Positions 35,099 to 46,530 of a DNA stretch of 62,211 nucleotides are shown one piece after another; position 1 is the first letter of the stretch; every line of letters begins with the position of its first letter. Location of the stretch: assembly GCA_900128585.1 (NCBI GenBank), contig LT642154.1, positions 1-62,211 on the forward strand. Direction: 5' to 3'. The notes below the pieces were generated by a model that saw only the letters and a program-made list of their open reading frames with translations, did not search any database and was not told where the DNA came from. A program made the position numbers and the translations under genes. This stretch comes from Stramenopiles sp. TOSAG23-3 (taxonomy: Eukaryota).

Positions 35099-35721
35099 AA
35101 TCATTTTTATCATCAATCAATAATTCCAATAATGCTATTTGATATAGTAATTAATTAATGAATGCCAGGCTTCGGGTTGTTGTCACTGTATAATACACTG
35201 TAAGGATCTTACAATATGCCAAGGATCGTTTGATTTTTTTTTTGGGTGAAATTTTTCAAATCACTCAATTATTATTGGAGGATCAATCCATTTATTTTTT
35301 TGCGTAGTAGTCTATATAGCTATATAATAATATTAAATTTACGGCAAGATAGATTTTATCTGTTTTTGTTGCCTTACTCCACTTACGCCCTTTTATTAAT
35401 TTTCATTTTTTTTTTTAAATTTCTACCGGTAGTACACGGTCTACTATTACAACACTTTTCTTGTTGCTACCAGTAGTTGCTCTTCTTTTCTTCTTATATA
35501 AAAAACAAATGTATTATTTGAACAGTTTGTTACAGTACAAGAAAATGTCACCATGGACATGAAGCGAAACCTTGTCTGTTTTACAGTACGCGCAATATTC
35601 CAAAGGAACATTCTTTTCCATGAAACAGAAGGGGAGTAGCAAAAAAATCTGTAACTTTTATTGGAGGCGAATAATTTTTTAAAAGTAACAAAGAACTGCT
35701 ATTTTATTCATTCGAACAAGC

Positions 35722-36966
35722 ATGGATGACGAAGGCAAGAAAAAATTAGGCGGCTGTGGCTGTTGCGTCGTGTTCATAACTGCAATCATTCTGTTCGCGT
35801 GTTCGTTCAAAACGGTGGAAGTGAATGAGACGTGCCTGCAATACGGATCACTGACTCGAGAAGTGGAAGAGGAGCCTACGAAAAACCAAGGGACTGTTTT
35901 CATTGGCATCGATCAGGACTTCCTGTGCTTTCCTAAAACTGTTTTGAAATTAGACTACACGGGCGGCAACCAATTAAAAGCGCGTACAAAAGAAGGACTA
36001 TTGATGGGCATTGACATCACCATTGAATATAAGCTTTTGGTGGGCTCAGTGAAAAAGTTGTTTGACTTAACCGCCTTGGAGTACGAAAATCTGTACGACG
36101 CAATCGCCCATTCAGCGATGCGAAACAGTGCATCCCACTTTAATGCGGCAGACATATTACGATCCTCTGGGCCCTTTACGCTTAAGATTCGGGAATTGCT
36201 AGAGCCACGCTTCAACAACTTCTTTGCGACCGTTTCGGAAGTACAAGTTCGTCAAATTCAATTACCGGAAGATGTGCAAGGAAAACTTCAAGCCGTGCTA
36301 AATATTGGTTTACAGAAGGATGAGGCGACCAAGAAACGAGATGGCGAAATTGCGAATTTCGAAAAGAGGGCCCAATTGTCGTACTTGCAAGTCCAGCAGA
36401 ATCGGGTGACACAATCCAACGCTGCAAACAGAAAGTTGGACGTTGCACTCGTAGAACGAAAGCGCGCTCTGACTCAGATCGCTACAGACTTTAAACAGAG
36501 GCAAATCCAGTACGAGCAGGACAGAAATGTTAGAGCAGAGCAAGCCAACGCGTCCGTCGGGTTTGCCAAAACTGGGCGCGATGGGAAGATACAACTGGAA
36601 CGGAACAAATTTGAGGCGGCAAAGGTTGAAGCACAGGACAAGATAGCCATTTCCACGTCCCAGGCGGCAATTAAACGTATCGAGGGACAAACCGACTACG
36701 ATACGCTTTTAATTATGTCTGCTGCGCACGCGGAAGAGATTGCGCTCACAATGGACGCAGAAAATACTAAATTTAAGAGCCTTAAAGATGGTGCGTCGTT
36801 CTCCTCCGATAACATTGTGCGCCATGCTTACTTGGACCAATTGAAAGACAATCATCAAGACGCCAAATTGTTCGTTGATTACAAGAAGGTCCCAATGTTT
36901 GTCGCGTCGGAGGGAAATGCGGAAGCCATAAAGAGCTTAAACTCTGATGTCATTCCCGGCGTGTGA
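35722..36966 (+). CDS. SPFH/Band-7 (prohibitin-like) membrane protein with long coiled coil
   Basis: N-terminal TM, 'ARTKEGLLMGIDITIEY', 'VQVRQIQLP', helical tail. Confidence 0.8.
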   Translation: MDDEGKKKLGGCGCCVVFITAIILFACSFKTVEVNETCLQYGSLTREVEEEPTKNQGTVFIGIDQDFLCFPKTVLKLDYTGGNQLKARTKEGLLMGIDITIEYKLLVGSVKKLFDLTALEYENLYDAIAHSAMRNSASHFNAADILRSSGPFTLKIRELLEPRFNNFFATVSEVQVRQIQLPEDVQGKLQAVLNIGLQKDEATKKRDGEIANFEKRAQLSYLQVQQNRVTQSNAANRKLDVALVERKRALTQIATDFKQRQIQYEQDRNVRAEQANASVGFAKTGRDGKIQLERNKFEAAKVEAQDKIAISTSQAAIKRIEGQTDYDTLLIMSAAHAEEIALTMDAENTKFKSLKDGASFSSDNIVRHAYLDQLKDNHQDAKLFVDYKKVPMFVASEGNAEAIKSLNSDVIPGV

Positions 36967-37082
36967 ATAAATTAATTGAAAAACCACTGCAGCTTGAGCT
37001 GCTGTAGTATTACTACTCTTGAGTTTAATTTTTAAATAAAATATCGGCCTCGTACTACTCTTTCAAATAAACAAAAAACAAG

Positions 37083-37099
37083 AAAATTGGCTGTTATTT
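37083..37099 (+). terminator. Recurring 3'-of-gene motif AAAATTGGCTGTTATTT (candidate 3'-end signal)
   Basis: Sense-oriented copies also at 38522, 40874(-), 56638(-); variants at 60965(-) and 32120(-). Confidence 0.45.
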
Positions 37100-37132
37100 A
37101 TATTATCCCTCATCCCTAACATTATATTGTAT

Positions 37133-37200
37133 GCTCTGATTATACTGTAAACTTAATAATATAAACACAGCATTAAACAAGTTGGTAAAAAATGTCAAAA
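37133..37200 (+). repeat. Dispersed ~69-nt non-coding repeat, copy 2
   Basis: Near-identical to 32406-32474. Confidence 0.85.
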
Positions 37201-37538
37201 ACCACCCCCTGACCACCTGACCCACTGTCAGCTAATCGTACAATAAGAGGTACAGGAGTAGTAGTCCCTATTATTATTTTAATTGTTCCATTCATTCCGC
37301 AGCTGTGGTGTGTGGTGTTATTCGTCTGTATCTGACAGCACCGCTTTTAAACGGATGAAGAGTTCGAACGATGTACTCTTTCGTTCTTCAAAAAATAAAA
37401 AATAAAGGAGAATACAATATAATGTTCAAATCCAATAACAATATCTAATATTGTGTAGTGAAACATGGCAAAGGAAGAACTCAATCCATAGATTTATTAT
37501 TCTTGGAACGTGTACACACAGTTTGATTACCACAGCAT

Positions 37539-38479
37539 ATGGGGCAAACGACGTCTTCGAAGAAGGATGAAAAGGCACTCAGTGTGCCTTGGGGTCCACA
37601 GCTGCCGGGGGGTTCGGGAAAACGGACGTGTTTGATTACTGGGGGGAACTCTGGCCTTGGGTTCGAAACCGCGAGGTCCCTTTTGGTGAAGGGATACAAA
37701 GTTATTATTGCGTGCCGGAACCCGGATAAGGCAACGGAGGCGGTGGCTAAGCTGCGGTCCCTCGCCTCGCTGGACGACACGGACGAGTCCATATCGTACG
37801 AGGTGTTGGACGTCTCGAGCCTTAGTTCGGTGGACGAGTTTGCGGATAAATTTTTATCCAACCCGAACAATCAGTGCCACGTTCTTTGCAGAGCGTAGAC
37901 GGGTTTGACTTGCAACTCGCTACGAACTACTTGGGGCACGTGTATCTAGTCAAACGAATGCAAGAACGTCTCGTGGAATGCGCGCCCGGAAGGATCATTC
38001 ATGTCTCTTCCATCGCGGCAAGGTTTGGGCATATCTACTGGAATGACATAAATTGCAGATCCGGGGATACTTATGATTCGTTGAAGATGTACCAGCAGTC
38101 AAAGCTGCTGCAAGTTGTCTTCTCCAGAGAGCTAGCAGAGCGATTGAAAGGGACGGGGGTCACCAGTAACAGTTTAGAACCAGGCATCGTAAAGACCGGG
38201 CTGAGTGCAAAAATTACAGATGACCCCGCGATGCGACGACGCCTGGAGAATGGGATCAGCGTCGAAGAGGGCAGCAAAACCCACGTCCATCTTGCGTCGT
38301 GTACAGATGCAAGTGTCGTCGGCATCTCCGGCGAGCACTGGGAGAAATGTGGTATCATATCACAAGGCTTCTCAAAATTGAAGTATATCCTTGCAGCACA
38401 CGATTTGAGGGAAAGCGTTGGTCCAAAGCTGTGGGATTTTACCGAGAAGTTAATCGAGGATGCGCGAAGAAAAAACTAA
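37539..38479 (+). pseudogene. Retinol-dehydrogenase/WWOX-like SDR with frameshifting internal deletion (pseudogene or assembly lesion)
   Basis: TGGNSGLG, 'DGFDLQLATNYLGH', YQQSK present; NNAG segment missing at the frame break near 37886-37890; N-terminal MGQTTS myristoylation-like motif. Confidence 0.65.
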
Positions 38480-38748
38480 GAATTCTTACGAAGAGTACTT
38501 TTTTTTAAAAAAAACAAGAAAAAAATTGGCTGTTACATACCCTAATCCTAACTTGATTCTGAAATTTTGTTTCGTTGTTGGTACTTTTTTTAATTGAAGG
38601 AGTCTTATTAATTGCACATATTTATCAAAAATGGTAACATTTACTCAATAATTTAGACAAACTGAATTAGATTCTTTTTTAAATTAATATAATGAGAGCG
38701 TCTTAAAACATTACTACATAATTTATTTTATCCACCTACTGATTCAGA

Positions 38749-40431
38749 TCATAAATGGAGTACATCTGAGAATGAACACCCCAAGCATTCAACGCTCACT
38801 GCAAGTTTGTTCAAGTCAACATGCTTGACGTTGGCTTGTGAGGGAAATGCTGGATCTGCAATCAGACTCCTTCCCCCACCCTTGCATGTCTCCCATATAA
38901 CGTTGGGAGAATCCAATTGTGCTTTACCAAACTTGTAGGCAAACGTTCTTCCATGCGGGATTTGAATTGGGCTCGATGTTACCCACACTGCTTCTTCCTC
39001 GCCTCTCTTGACCATTTCCCTCTCAAACTCCCACTCTGCCCCGCCGCTACCAGGAATGCTCCGCAGGGAAATAATGACTTTGAAACCCTCTGCTGTGTCG
39101 GTGACGTTTTCCAAAGAGACTTGGAATGACATGTTAATCTGTCTCCATGCCTTGACGTTTGTGTTCAAGCTGTCGACAATCGCTTGAACGCTTGGTTGGC
39201 CCTTATTGGCTGGCTGGTCTTGGTAGCTTCGCAGAATGGCCATAAAGTTGCTGGTAAATTCTACTCCCAAATGGCCGTACGGGGTATTCTTTGTGGCGTT
39301 TATCCACAGCGTGCTCTCATCGTTGATTGCGACGGGCAACCACCAAGAAGTCAAAGCGCCGCCTGTCCAATTGCACGTATCAGTAATGATGAGCGGCTTT
39401 GTAATGCCAAGCATTGCGTTTTTCGCGTGCATCGCAACGAACTCGGCGGCAGTATTGTTGCACAAGTATACGGGAATGCCGTGTTCCCGTAAGTGCCTGT
39501 TGAGCTGGTGAGTTGAGTTCTCTACCATGTTCAAATCCGTGGCCACAACGATACTGGCGCCCCTTTCTTTCGCAGCAATCAAACTGTCAAAGAGTGTCAC
39601 ATTGTTTTTTGCCCACAGATTTCTGAGGGTGAACACCCATATAAAAATCAGCTCATCTTCGCCACCGATCCATTTCATGATTTGGTTCACCGGCAGCGGC
39701 CCCTCCGGGTCCGGGGAGAAGAGCACGTTCACTTGGCTGTCGTCGTCCCATTCGTTGACAACCATTTTATTGGCCCGGACGGCATTGTACTTGTTTTGGT
39801 ATTTTTTAATGGTTTTTGGATCACGGATTTCAAGGAAAGTGTCGTTGTTCATAAAGCTGTATGCAGGGGCAGGGCCGATTTCGGGGTTGAAGCTCCCGGT
39901 CATCAACACAGTTCTAGGGGCTTTCGACTCCGGCTCCAGCCACTGGAAGAGCCTCGTTTTCAAGTGCATTAGGCCATTGCCGCGAAGTGAAGTATTTACC
40001 CCAATTAACTCTAAATTCTTCTGCTGCGACACTGTCAAATTTATCTGGGTTGGGCTGTACCGTAGCCCGGCTTTAATGAGCGTTTGAAGGCCTTTGTTCC
40101 ACGTTTCGAACGATTGAAGTTGCTTTGCGTCTACCAATAGCTGGACTTCGACATTGTGCGCCCTGGCGTTCAAAAATGCAGACACCAAGTCTTGCCACAT
40201 CGGCTCTGGTGCAAAATTGTACACTGCGTAGGACACACGGTATGGGTTGTCGTCCCTGCTAAAGTTAGCGCGCTTGTCCAGCATTCTAGCCATTGTAACA
40301 TTATTAATAGCCTCCACCTCCTTTCCCATTTGTTCTTTCGAGTAGTAAGGCATAAACACGACGGACACAGGGTCGGACGTCTGCTGTGCGTGCACACTGC
40401 ACAAAGCGAGCGCGAGCAACAAAAGACGCAT
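38749..40431 (-). CDS. Secreted phospholipase-D-superfamily enzyme (two HxK motifs) with C-terminal CBM20-like domain
   Basis: Signal peptide MRLLLLALALCSVHA; 'MHLK...TGSFN' and 'MHAK...DTCNW'; 'W...IPHGRTFAYKF...VIWE'. Confidence 0.75.
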   Translation of the reverse strand: MRLLLLALALCSVHAQQTSDPVSVVFMPYYSKEQMGKEVEAINNVTMARMLDKRANFSRDDNPYRVSYAVYNFAPEPMWQDLVSAFLNARAHNVEVQLLVDAKQLQSFETWNKGLQTLIKAGLRYSPTQINLTVSQQKNLELIGVNTSLRGNGLMHLKTRLFQWLEPESKAPRTVLMTGSFNPEIGPAPAYSFMNNDTFLEIRDPKTIKKYQNKYNAVRANKMVVNEWDDDSQVNVLFSPDPEGPLPVNQIMKWIGGEDELIFIWVFTLRNLWAKNNVTLFDSLIAAKERGASIVVATDLNMVENSTHQLNRHLREHGIPVYLCNNTAAEFVAMHAKNAMLGITKPLIITDTCNWTGGALTSWWLPVAINDESTLWINATKNTPYGHLGVEFTSNFMAILRSYQDQPANKGQPSVQAIVDSLNTNVKAWRQINMSFQVSLENVTDTAEGFKVIISLRSIPGSGGAEWEFEREMVKRGEEEAVWVTSSPIQIPHGRTFAYKFGKAQLDSPNVIWETCKGGGRSLIADPAFPSQANVKHVDLNKLAVSVECLGCSFSDVLHL

Positions 40432-41029
40432 TTTCTCTGTGGAAAAGTTACACACAATTGTCCGGCCGATTAAACATGCAATTATAACTCCTAATAATTA
40501 TCATTGTCGTTGTATGTAGCGATGCATTCATATTGTAGTCATCTACATAACTAAAATATACACTTCTTCTGGTATTATTTGTTTTTTAGTAGTTGAAGAT
40601 GGTACGACGGAGGGTGTGTCAAGAAACAACAAAAGAAGAAGAAGAAGAAGAAAAAAGGAGGAAGAAGAAGAAAAAAGGAGGAAGAAGAAGAAGAAGAGAA
40701 TAATCAAAAAAAAAAAAAAAACTTCATCATATTATTAGACGAGTAGACTATAAAGCTTATATTACTGTAGTACGGTTACCGCCCTAACGTACCTGGTATT
40801 AATATATTAAAACAGACTACATATAATAAGAGTTAGGATTAGGGTATGAGGAAGCTAAATTTAATAATTACTTAAATAACAGCCAATTTTCTTGTTTATA
40901 ATTTTATTATTTTATTTTTGTAACATAAGCATATTCTGTTGTTTTAGTGTATCCATTTGCTTATTGAAAGCGTTGCACAGGTTGCTCTTACTCGTCGTGC
41001 AGTTCAAAGCCCACCTGCCAAAAGTAAAA

Positions 41030-41788
41030 TCAAACGTGCAAATGAGTATTGTCATAAAATGCATCGGTAGAATGAACGCATACAAACTCCGCCTTCCGGT
41101 CAATCTTGGTCTCGCAACCTTCCTGCATCCCATGCCTTGTTGAGGTACTGTGCGTTCTCCCATACGAAATGTTTGATTTGTGTTTCTGTGGAGCGTAAAA
41201 CCTATCACGCTCGTTCCTTGGGTTAAACTCTGTGTTGGACGACCTTCCTATGTCATACAAATACTCCGATATGTTGTTATTCACCCGACGAGTATCTTCC
41301 TGTTCGATCCTTTCTGAGATACCTACTTTGTCCTCTATCTGTTGCACTTCTGCTTCAAGCGCGTCGATTTTAGACTGATACAAATTGTGCATCCGCGACG
41401 GGCACGGCGCAGCGCCTTTAAGCAAGCCTCTTTGGGCAACGGAAATTTCTTGGCTAATGACCTGTCGCACTTGGGTTGTTCGGACTGCATTTGAAAACTC
41501 ATCTCGTCGAGAGGCGTCGTGGCTGCCAAACCCAAGCTTGCGTTTATCCAGCGGCTGCTTGGATATGTACAGAGGCTCTGCTGTGTATTTACCGTGGGGG
41601 CCAAACTGGATTTTCTCAAAGCATACCTTCTTTGGGATGCTGCCTTTCTTTGGGAATACTGTCTGGAACTGCTTGCCTTGATATCTGGGATTCTTTTCCT
41701 TTTTGCTCAAGACGGCATCGTACGGATCACCAATGGTGATGTAAGAAGTGTCGTGCTTGTTCTTATGTATTGGTTTCGAGCAGTACAT
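41030..41788 (-). CDS. Probable flagellar-associated protein (CFAP96/C4orf47-like N-terminus)
   Basis: 'SYITIGDPY...GKQF' and 'KLGFGSHDASRRDEFSN'; recalled similarity only. Confidence 0.45.
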   Translation of the reverse strand: MYCSKPIHKNKHDTSYITIGDPYDAVLSKKEKNPRYQGKQFQTVFPKKGSIPKKVCFEKIQFGPHGKYTAEPLYISKQPLDKRKLGFGSHDASRRDEFSNAVRTTQVRQVISQEISVAQRGLLKGAAPCPSRMHNLYQSKIDALEAEVQQIEDKVGISERIEQEDTRRVNNNISEYLYDIGRSSNTEFNPRNERDRFYAPQKHKSNISYGRTHSTSTRHGMQEGCETKIDRKAEFVCVHSTDAFYDNTHLHV

Positions 41789-42850
41789 TCTGTATCGCTA
41801 CGTACGTATGTATGTAGGAGGTGGGGGTGTCCCTGAATGAATCTTCTAGCGCACTTTTCAATGCGGTGTATGGTGCGTTGTGTAATCTGCCAAAGGTTCG
41901 AATTCTAACATTCACCTTATTTTTAGTCGCAATTGATTCAACCGTAAATCATACACTGAACGCATATGAATGTCATGTTTTCGTTCGATTCCTTTCGTCT
42001 GTTTTCTCTTCTTTTTTTTTCGCGCATTCATTCTACTACTGGTACTAAAAAATAATAAATTGTGTCTCTCTTAGAGTCACTATTGACTATGCTGTGCCCT
42101 GTACGTAAACAACGAGAAGATGAGTTGAGGATCATAAATGAATCCTATCATATTATTATTATTAATATTATTATTAAATTATAAATATAAGTACGATCAA
42201 TATATAATTCTCTCCTACCTCCATTCTTTCGTGTAATAAATCTTCTTCTTTCTTCTTCTCTCTGAATTAAATATTAATTATATTCTGAAGAACGCGAAAC
42301 GCTTCTTCAACGCTTTATTTTCATCTTTTTTAAGCTTAAGCTTCGTAGACGACACTATTTAGCTTATCTACGAGGATCAGACGACTTTTTTGGAATGATG
42401 TTGTTGCTGTTGTTATATTAAAACTATAGTATTTTCATCGTATTCATTCAATTGTTGTTTTTTACTTCTTTTTTTGTTTGTGGAAGAAGAAGAAAAAGAG
42501 AAGAAGAATATAATTTATTAAAATAGAAAGAGGTTTCGTTACTCGTTACACAACTTATTTAATAAAATATTATATATTATTACACAGCACAGCATAAGAA
42601 TTTATTTATATATTTTGGTGAATAAGAAGAAATATTTAATAAATATAGAAGATCGTACAGAAGAAGAAGAAGAAGAAGAACATCGAACCTTTGAACCTCG
42701 TCATTAATTATGATACAGACACCTGAGTTTGCGTAGATGGGGATGACAAAGGGTTAGGATAGGGAAATTATCAAAGTTAAAGCAAGTACGTATCAAGCCA
42801 TACGCCCGAGAGAGAGAGAGAGAGAGAGAGTTTCTAATTAAGTATAACCA

Positions 42851-44110
42851 ATGAACTTTCGTGGGAGGCATTCACAGCATGATGATGCGGCGGCGTACAA
42901 TCTACCCCCGCGTTTGAAACCACCGTCTAGATCAGCCTATCCGACCACGTCGTTCTCTGCGCGGGGGGCAAGGCGGATGGAAGAGTGGCAACGTGTAAAG
43001 GAAATGGGGGGTGCCCCCGTAGGGCCGGACGGGAGTTGGATTGCAGTGCCCCTCCTGAAGAACCCTGTAAATGGACTGCACGGAGCGGGGGTAGGAGCCC
43101 GCGGTAAGGTTGAACTGAAGCGATTGCTACCAAAGCCCAGGTACAGCCGGGCCTCTAATCCAATTGTAGCGACGCAGGCTGAGCAAATGGACGCAATTCG
43201 CCAGAGTGTTGGGGGGTTTCGGAAAAAGCCAGAGTTAGTGTTTAACCCGACCACTATGGAAGTAGAGCAGAGGTCGTTTAATGATCAGATGAGAGACGGG
43301 CAGATGGACCCAAACGTGGCAAAGCAGGTCGCCCTCCGCTCACAACCTTGGTCTTTGTATGCAAACAACAGTTCCACCGGGGGGTCCACGAAAGGCTACG
43401 GGAAAGCTATGATCAGACGCCCCGGGGGAGGCCAGTGGCAAGGACCAGGGGGAGGCCCGAGTGGGCACCAACCTTTCTCAGTCCCCTGCCCACCCCCACC
43501 TAGAAATAGAATACCTCAAAACTCCCAGTCCACTGCCATGCAAATTGCTCTTGGAAAATTGCCCAATGAAAACATCGGAGCACGGACCGTGATGAACCGG
43601 GGCCAATGCTCTCCACGCGACCGCAACTCCGGCGGTGTCAACCCCATTACTGGGCGTGCCTACGATGCCAACATAGAGCTTCAGCACCAAAATGCAAGGT
43701 TGCAAGCGTTGGAAAGGTTTCACCAGCGCCACAACTACTCTCATAAACTTTCCACCGCTGCCAAGGATTTGCTCAGCCCAAGAGCAGAGAACGGGATGCC
43801 TTGGATCCCAGCCACCAAACGCACTGTTGGCCAGCCCAGGACTAGCCTGATCCCTGACATAGAGCGTTGCTCAGACTTGCCAAACACATCTAAAACCGTT
43901 TACAAACAGAATGGGGCAGCATCCGAGTACAAACCATGGCGCCCGAGCCGTAAAGTAAGCCATAGGCCTGCGGACAAAGCCGTCGCCGGACTTTTAGGCC
44001 GCGGTCGCCAAGTCTACCTGCCTCTAACTGGCCCGGACGATATTTGGAAACCAAAGAAAGACAAGCATACAAGCAACTACACCAATGGCCCGTCTGGTCC
44101 TCGGTTTTGA
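42851..44110 (+). CDS. Basic, low-complexity uncharacterised protein
   Basis: 419-aa ORF with coding-like GC; P/G/R-rich with NPxxG-like motifs. Confidence 0.65.
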   Translation: MNFRGRHSQHDDAAAYNLPPRLKPPSRSAYPTTSFSARGARRMEEWQRVKEMGGAPVGPDGSWIAVPLLKNPVNGLHGAGVGARGKVELKRLLPKPRYSRASNPIVATQAEQMDAIRQSVGGFRKKPELVFNPTTMEVEQRSFNDQMRDGQMDPNVAKQVALRSQPWSLYANNSSTGGSTKGYGKAMIRRPGGGQWQGPGGGPSGHQPFSVPCPPPPRNRIPQNSQSTAMQIALGKLPNENIGARTVMNRGQCSPRDRNSGGVNPITGRAYDANIELQHQNARLQALERFHQRHNYSHKLSTAAKDLLSPRAENGMPWIPATKRTVGQPRTSLIPDIERCSDLPNTSKTVYKQNGAASEYKPWRPSRKVSHRPADKAVAGLLGRGRQVYLPLTGPDDIWKPKKDKHTSNYTNGPSGPRF

Positions 44111-44245
44111 GTTGGGGAAGGATGGGGGAGATCATTGCAGCGTTTTGCGTCTTGTAAAATAGAGATTTTTCTGTCAGTTTAAATTTTTGTAATATTGATC
44201 AGTATTAAGCACGCATTTAACGCTCTCTCGCTGTACCCTACTACG

Positions 44246-45928
44246 TCACTCCTTCTTACCCACCATCTTTTCGACCTCATGCCGTTCCAACAGTTCATTG
44301 TAGACGTTCCATTTTACAGAATGGGATACTAGCATTTTTGTGCTGTTACAAAGCTGACACTTAACGAACCGATCGCCTTCCACCTTCTTCCCGATTAAAT
44401 TCCCTTCATTGCCGTGTTCAATGATGGCTTCAAATGCATCCCCGGAAGACAATATACCGTGTATTTCTACTGTCGAATACTCCCCAGTTGCTCCCTCTCC
44501 GCCACCAGGTGGGTGAATAAGAATTTCTGAGACAGCCGCCCCGCGGCGCGCATCGTGCCTACTTTTCCCATCGGTAACGACTGCTTTTGCCGATTTTTGA
44601 ATCTCTGCAAGTCTGGCCTTTATCTGCTGCTCGGCACCCATCTGGGCAGGCTCATCTGGTTTTGGTGCCACGGATTGGTTCAGCCAAACAGTGTCATTGC
44701 TGTACGAAGTATCCGCAGCTATGACATGAAAAGTGTTGGACTCATTTGCAACAACAAGAGGCGCGTCGCCATCAGGTTTGTGGCCCGTAATAATTCTATT
44801 TATCCCATGGTTTTGAAGATCTTTTACAATTGCACTAGATGGCAAGGCCGGAACAAGGTCCTGCGTGCCACGCCAATCGTTGTACACCACCGTTTGGTTC
44901 CTTTCACGCGTTGGAAGCCATCCCATCCCATACTGAAGTATGTTCCAACACGATGCTTCCCTGTACCCCCCTACCATAGCCCAGGCGTCCGCATCCTTCT
45001 TTATTTCCTCGGGCCCTTCCTCCAGGCATTTTTTTATTTCGCGGGCTGCAAAGGCGTTCAACTTCCCTGCCCACTCCACAATATCCTTTTCACGGTAGTC
45101 TGGCCTCTCCGGGTTCCAGCCTAAGGATCTCTCGTCGATTGCGCCATGAACAAATAAGGTGTCATTGAGCACCAGTGCCAAGGACCCACATTTGAGATAC
45201 TCTGCAAAAATCCCGTCCGGTTTTAAATTGTCTACGAAGCTATTGTAAACTTCTTCGTCTGTGGCAACGCCATTTTCCGCCTCTTTCAACTTGGTCAACT
45301 CCACTCGCCGCAGTTCAAACGCGTTGCCCGACCCCATGGTGCACGAAAGTATCCATTTAAGCCGCTCCACACGATCGTGGGGCGAAGGGTCCCCCTGAAT
45401 GCCCAGACGGGCGACCGTATCTTTCGGGGACTCCTTAAAAAATATTTTTGTCCAGAAAGTTCCGGGGTAGTCGTCCCACGGGTATTTCTCCATATGCGCT
45501 TCGGACAGTTCCTGGACCAGACGAAGTTTGTTCATGTCACGGTTTCCGAGAATGAAGTGAACACGATTGGGATACTTCCGCTTCAACTTTACAAGCTGCT
45601 CCACAACGTACAGGTCTCCATCGCATTGATCGTTTACGTCACCGCCGAACACAAAGTGGCACCCGTCCTTGAGAGAAATGTCAACCACATTGCCGTCGTC
45701 GGCTTCTCGTTCTACACTAAGTATTCTTGAAATTTTCAGGTAGTTGTCCCAAAAGTACCTATCCCCTTCAATGTCCGTAACATAACCAATGACAGTGGGC
45801 TTAGATGCCGCTTTCGCAGCAGCAGACACAGCACACGAAGTATTCATACCCCTTGCATGGAAATACGTTGACGCGACGAACGCACACAACGGGGTTTGGA
45901 AACGCCTAAACAACAAGCGGGTGTTCAT
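44246..45928 (-). CDS. Calcineurin-like metallophosphoesterase with probable mitochondrial transit peptide
   Basis: Ordered motifs DIEG, GGDVND, GNRD, FVHG, GHKP, DTS; R/F/L-rich acid-free N-terminus. Confidence 0.8.
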   Translation of the reverse strand: MNTRLLFRRFQTPLCAFVASTYFHARGMNTSCAVSAAAKAASKPTVIGYVTDIEGDRYFWDNYLKISRILSVEREADDGNVVDISLKDGCHFVFGGDVNDQCDGDLYVVEQLVKLKRKYPNRVHFILGNRDMNKLRLVQELSEAHMEKYPWDDYPGTFWTKIFFKESPKDTVARLGIQGDPSPHDRVERLKWILSCTMGSGNAFELRRVELTKLKEAENGVATDEEVYNSFVDNLKPDGIFAEYLKCGSLALVLNDTLFVHGAIDERSLGWNPERPDYREKDIVEWAGKLNAFAAREIKKCLEEGPEEIKKDADAWAMVGGYREASCWNILQYGMGWLPTRERNQTVVYNDWRGTQDLVPALPSSAIVKDLQNHGINRIITGHKPDGDAPLVVANESNTFHVIAADTSYSNDTVWLNQSVAPKPDEPAQMGAEQQIKARLAEIQKSAKAVVTDGKSRHDARRGAAVSEILIHPPGGGEGATGEYSTVEIHGILSSGDAFEAIIEHGNEGNLIGKKVEGDRFVKCQLCNSTKMLVSHSVKWNVYNELLERHEVEKMVGKKE

Positions 45929-46530
45929 GCCAACAGACAGAAAAATGGGGAAATGTATAATGAATACTTCAAATGTAACGTCCTTGTTCGGCCAGTCCCC
46001 TGCTCACCTTTGGACGAAGTCAAAGATCTTTCTCGTTTTAGTGGGAGGCGAACCGCAACAGACCAGAACACGTTGTACATTTATAAAACAACGGGCAGCA
46101 CACACAAAATAAAATAAGCCGATCGAAGAAAGAAGAAGAAGGGGAAGGAAGAAGAAGAAAATAATTTTTTTTAATAATAACCTCTAATAATAAATATACC
46201 GGTACGATACAAAATACTGATGATGAAAATAATACCAATGGTATTATGATGATGTCAGTCCATCCTCATATCTCCCTCCTCCTTCCTTCCTCATCCTCTC
46301 CTTCTTTTTTTTATGATGAAGAAGAATTATTAATAATGATGATGCTTCTTTTTTTTTTAATTACCTGGTATTTCATCAGTACGTACAGCTTCAAGTTAAA
46401 TGCCTCAACTATACTCGTATACATTATATTTGTTTACTTTTTACTTGATTTTTCACATCCTTTTTTCTCCAAGAGAGAGGTGAAAATATAGATATTTGTG
46501 TTACGCTTGTGGAAACCAAGAGAGGATTCT

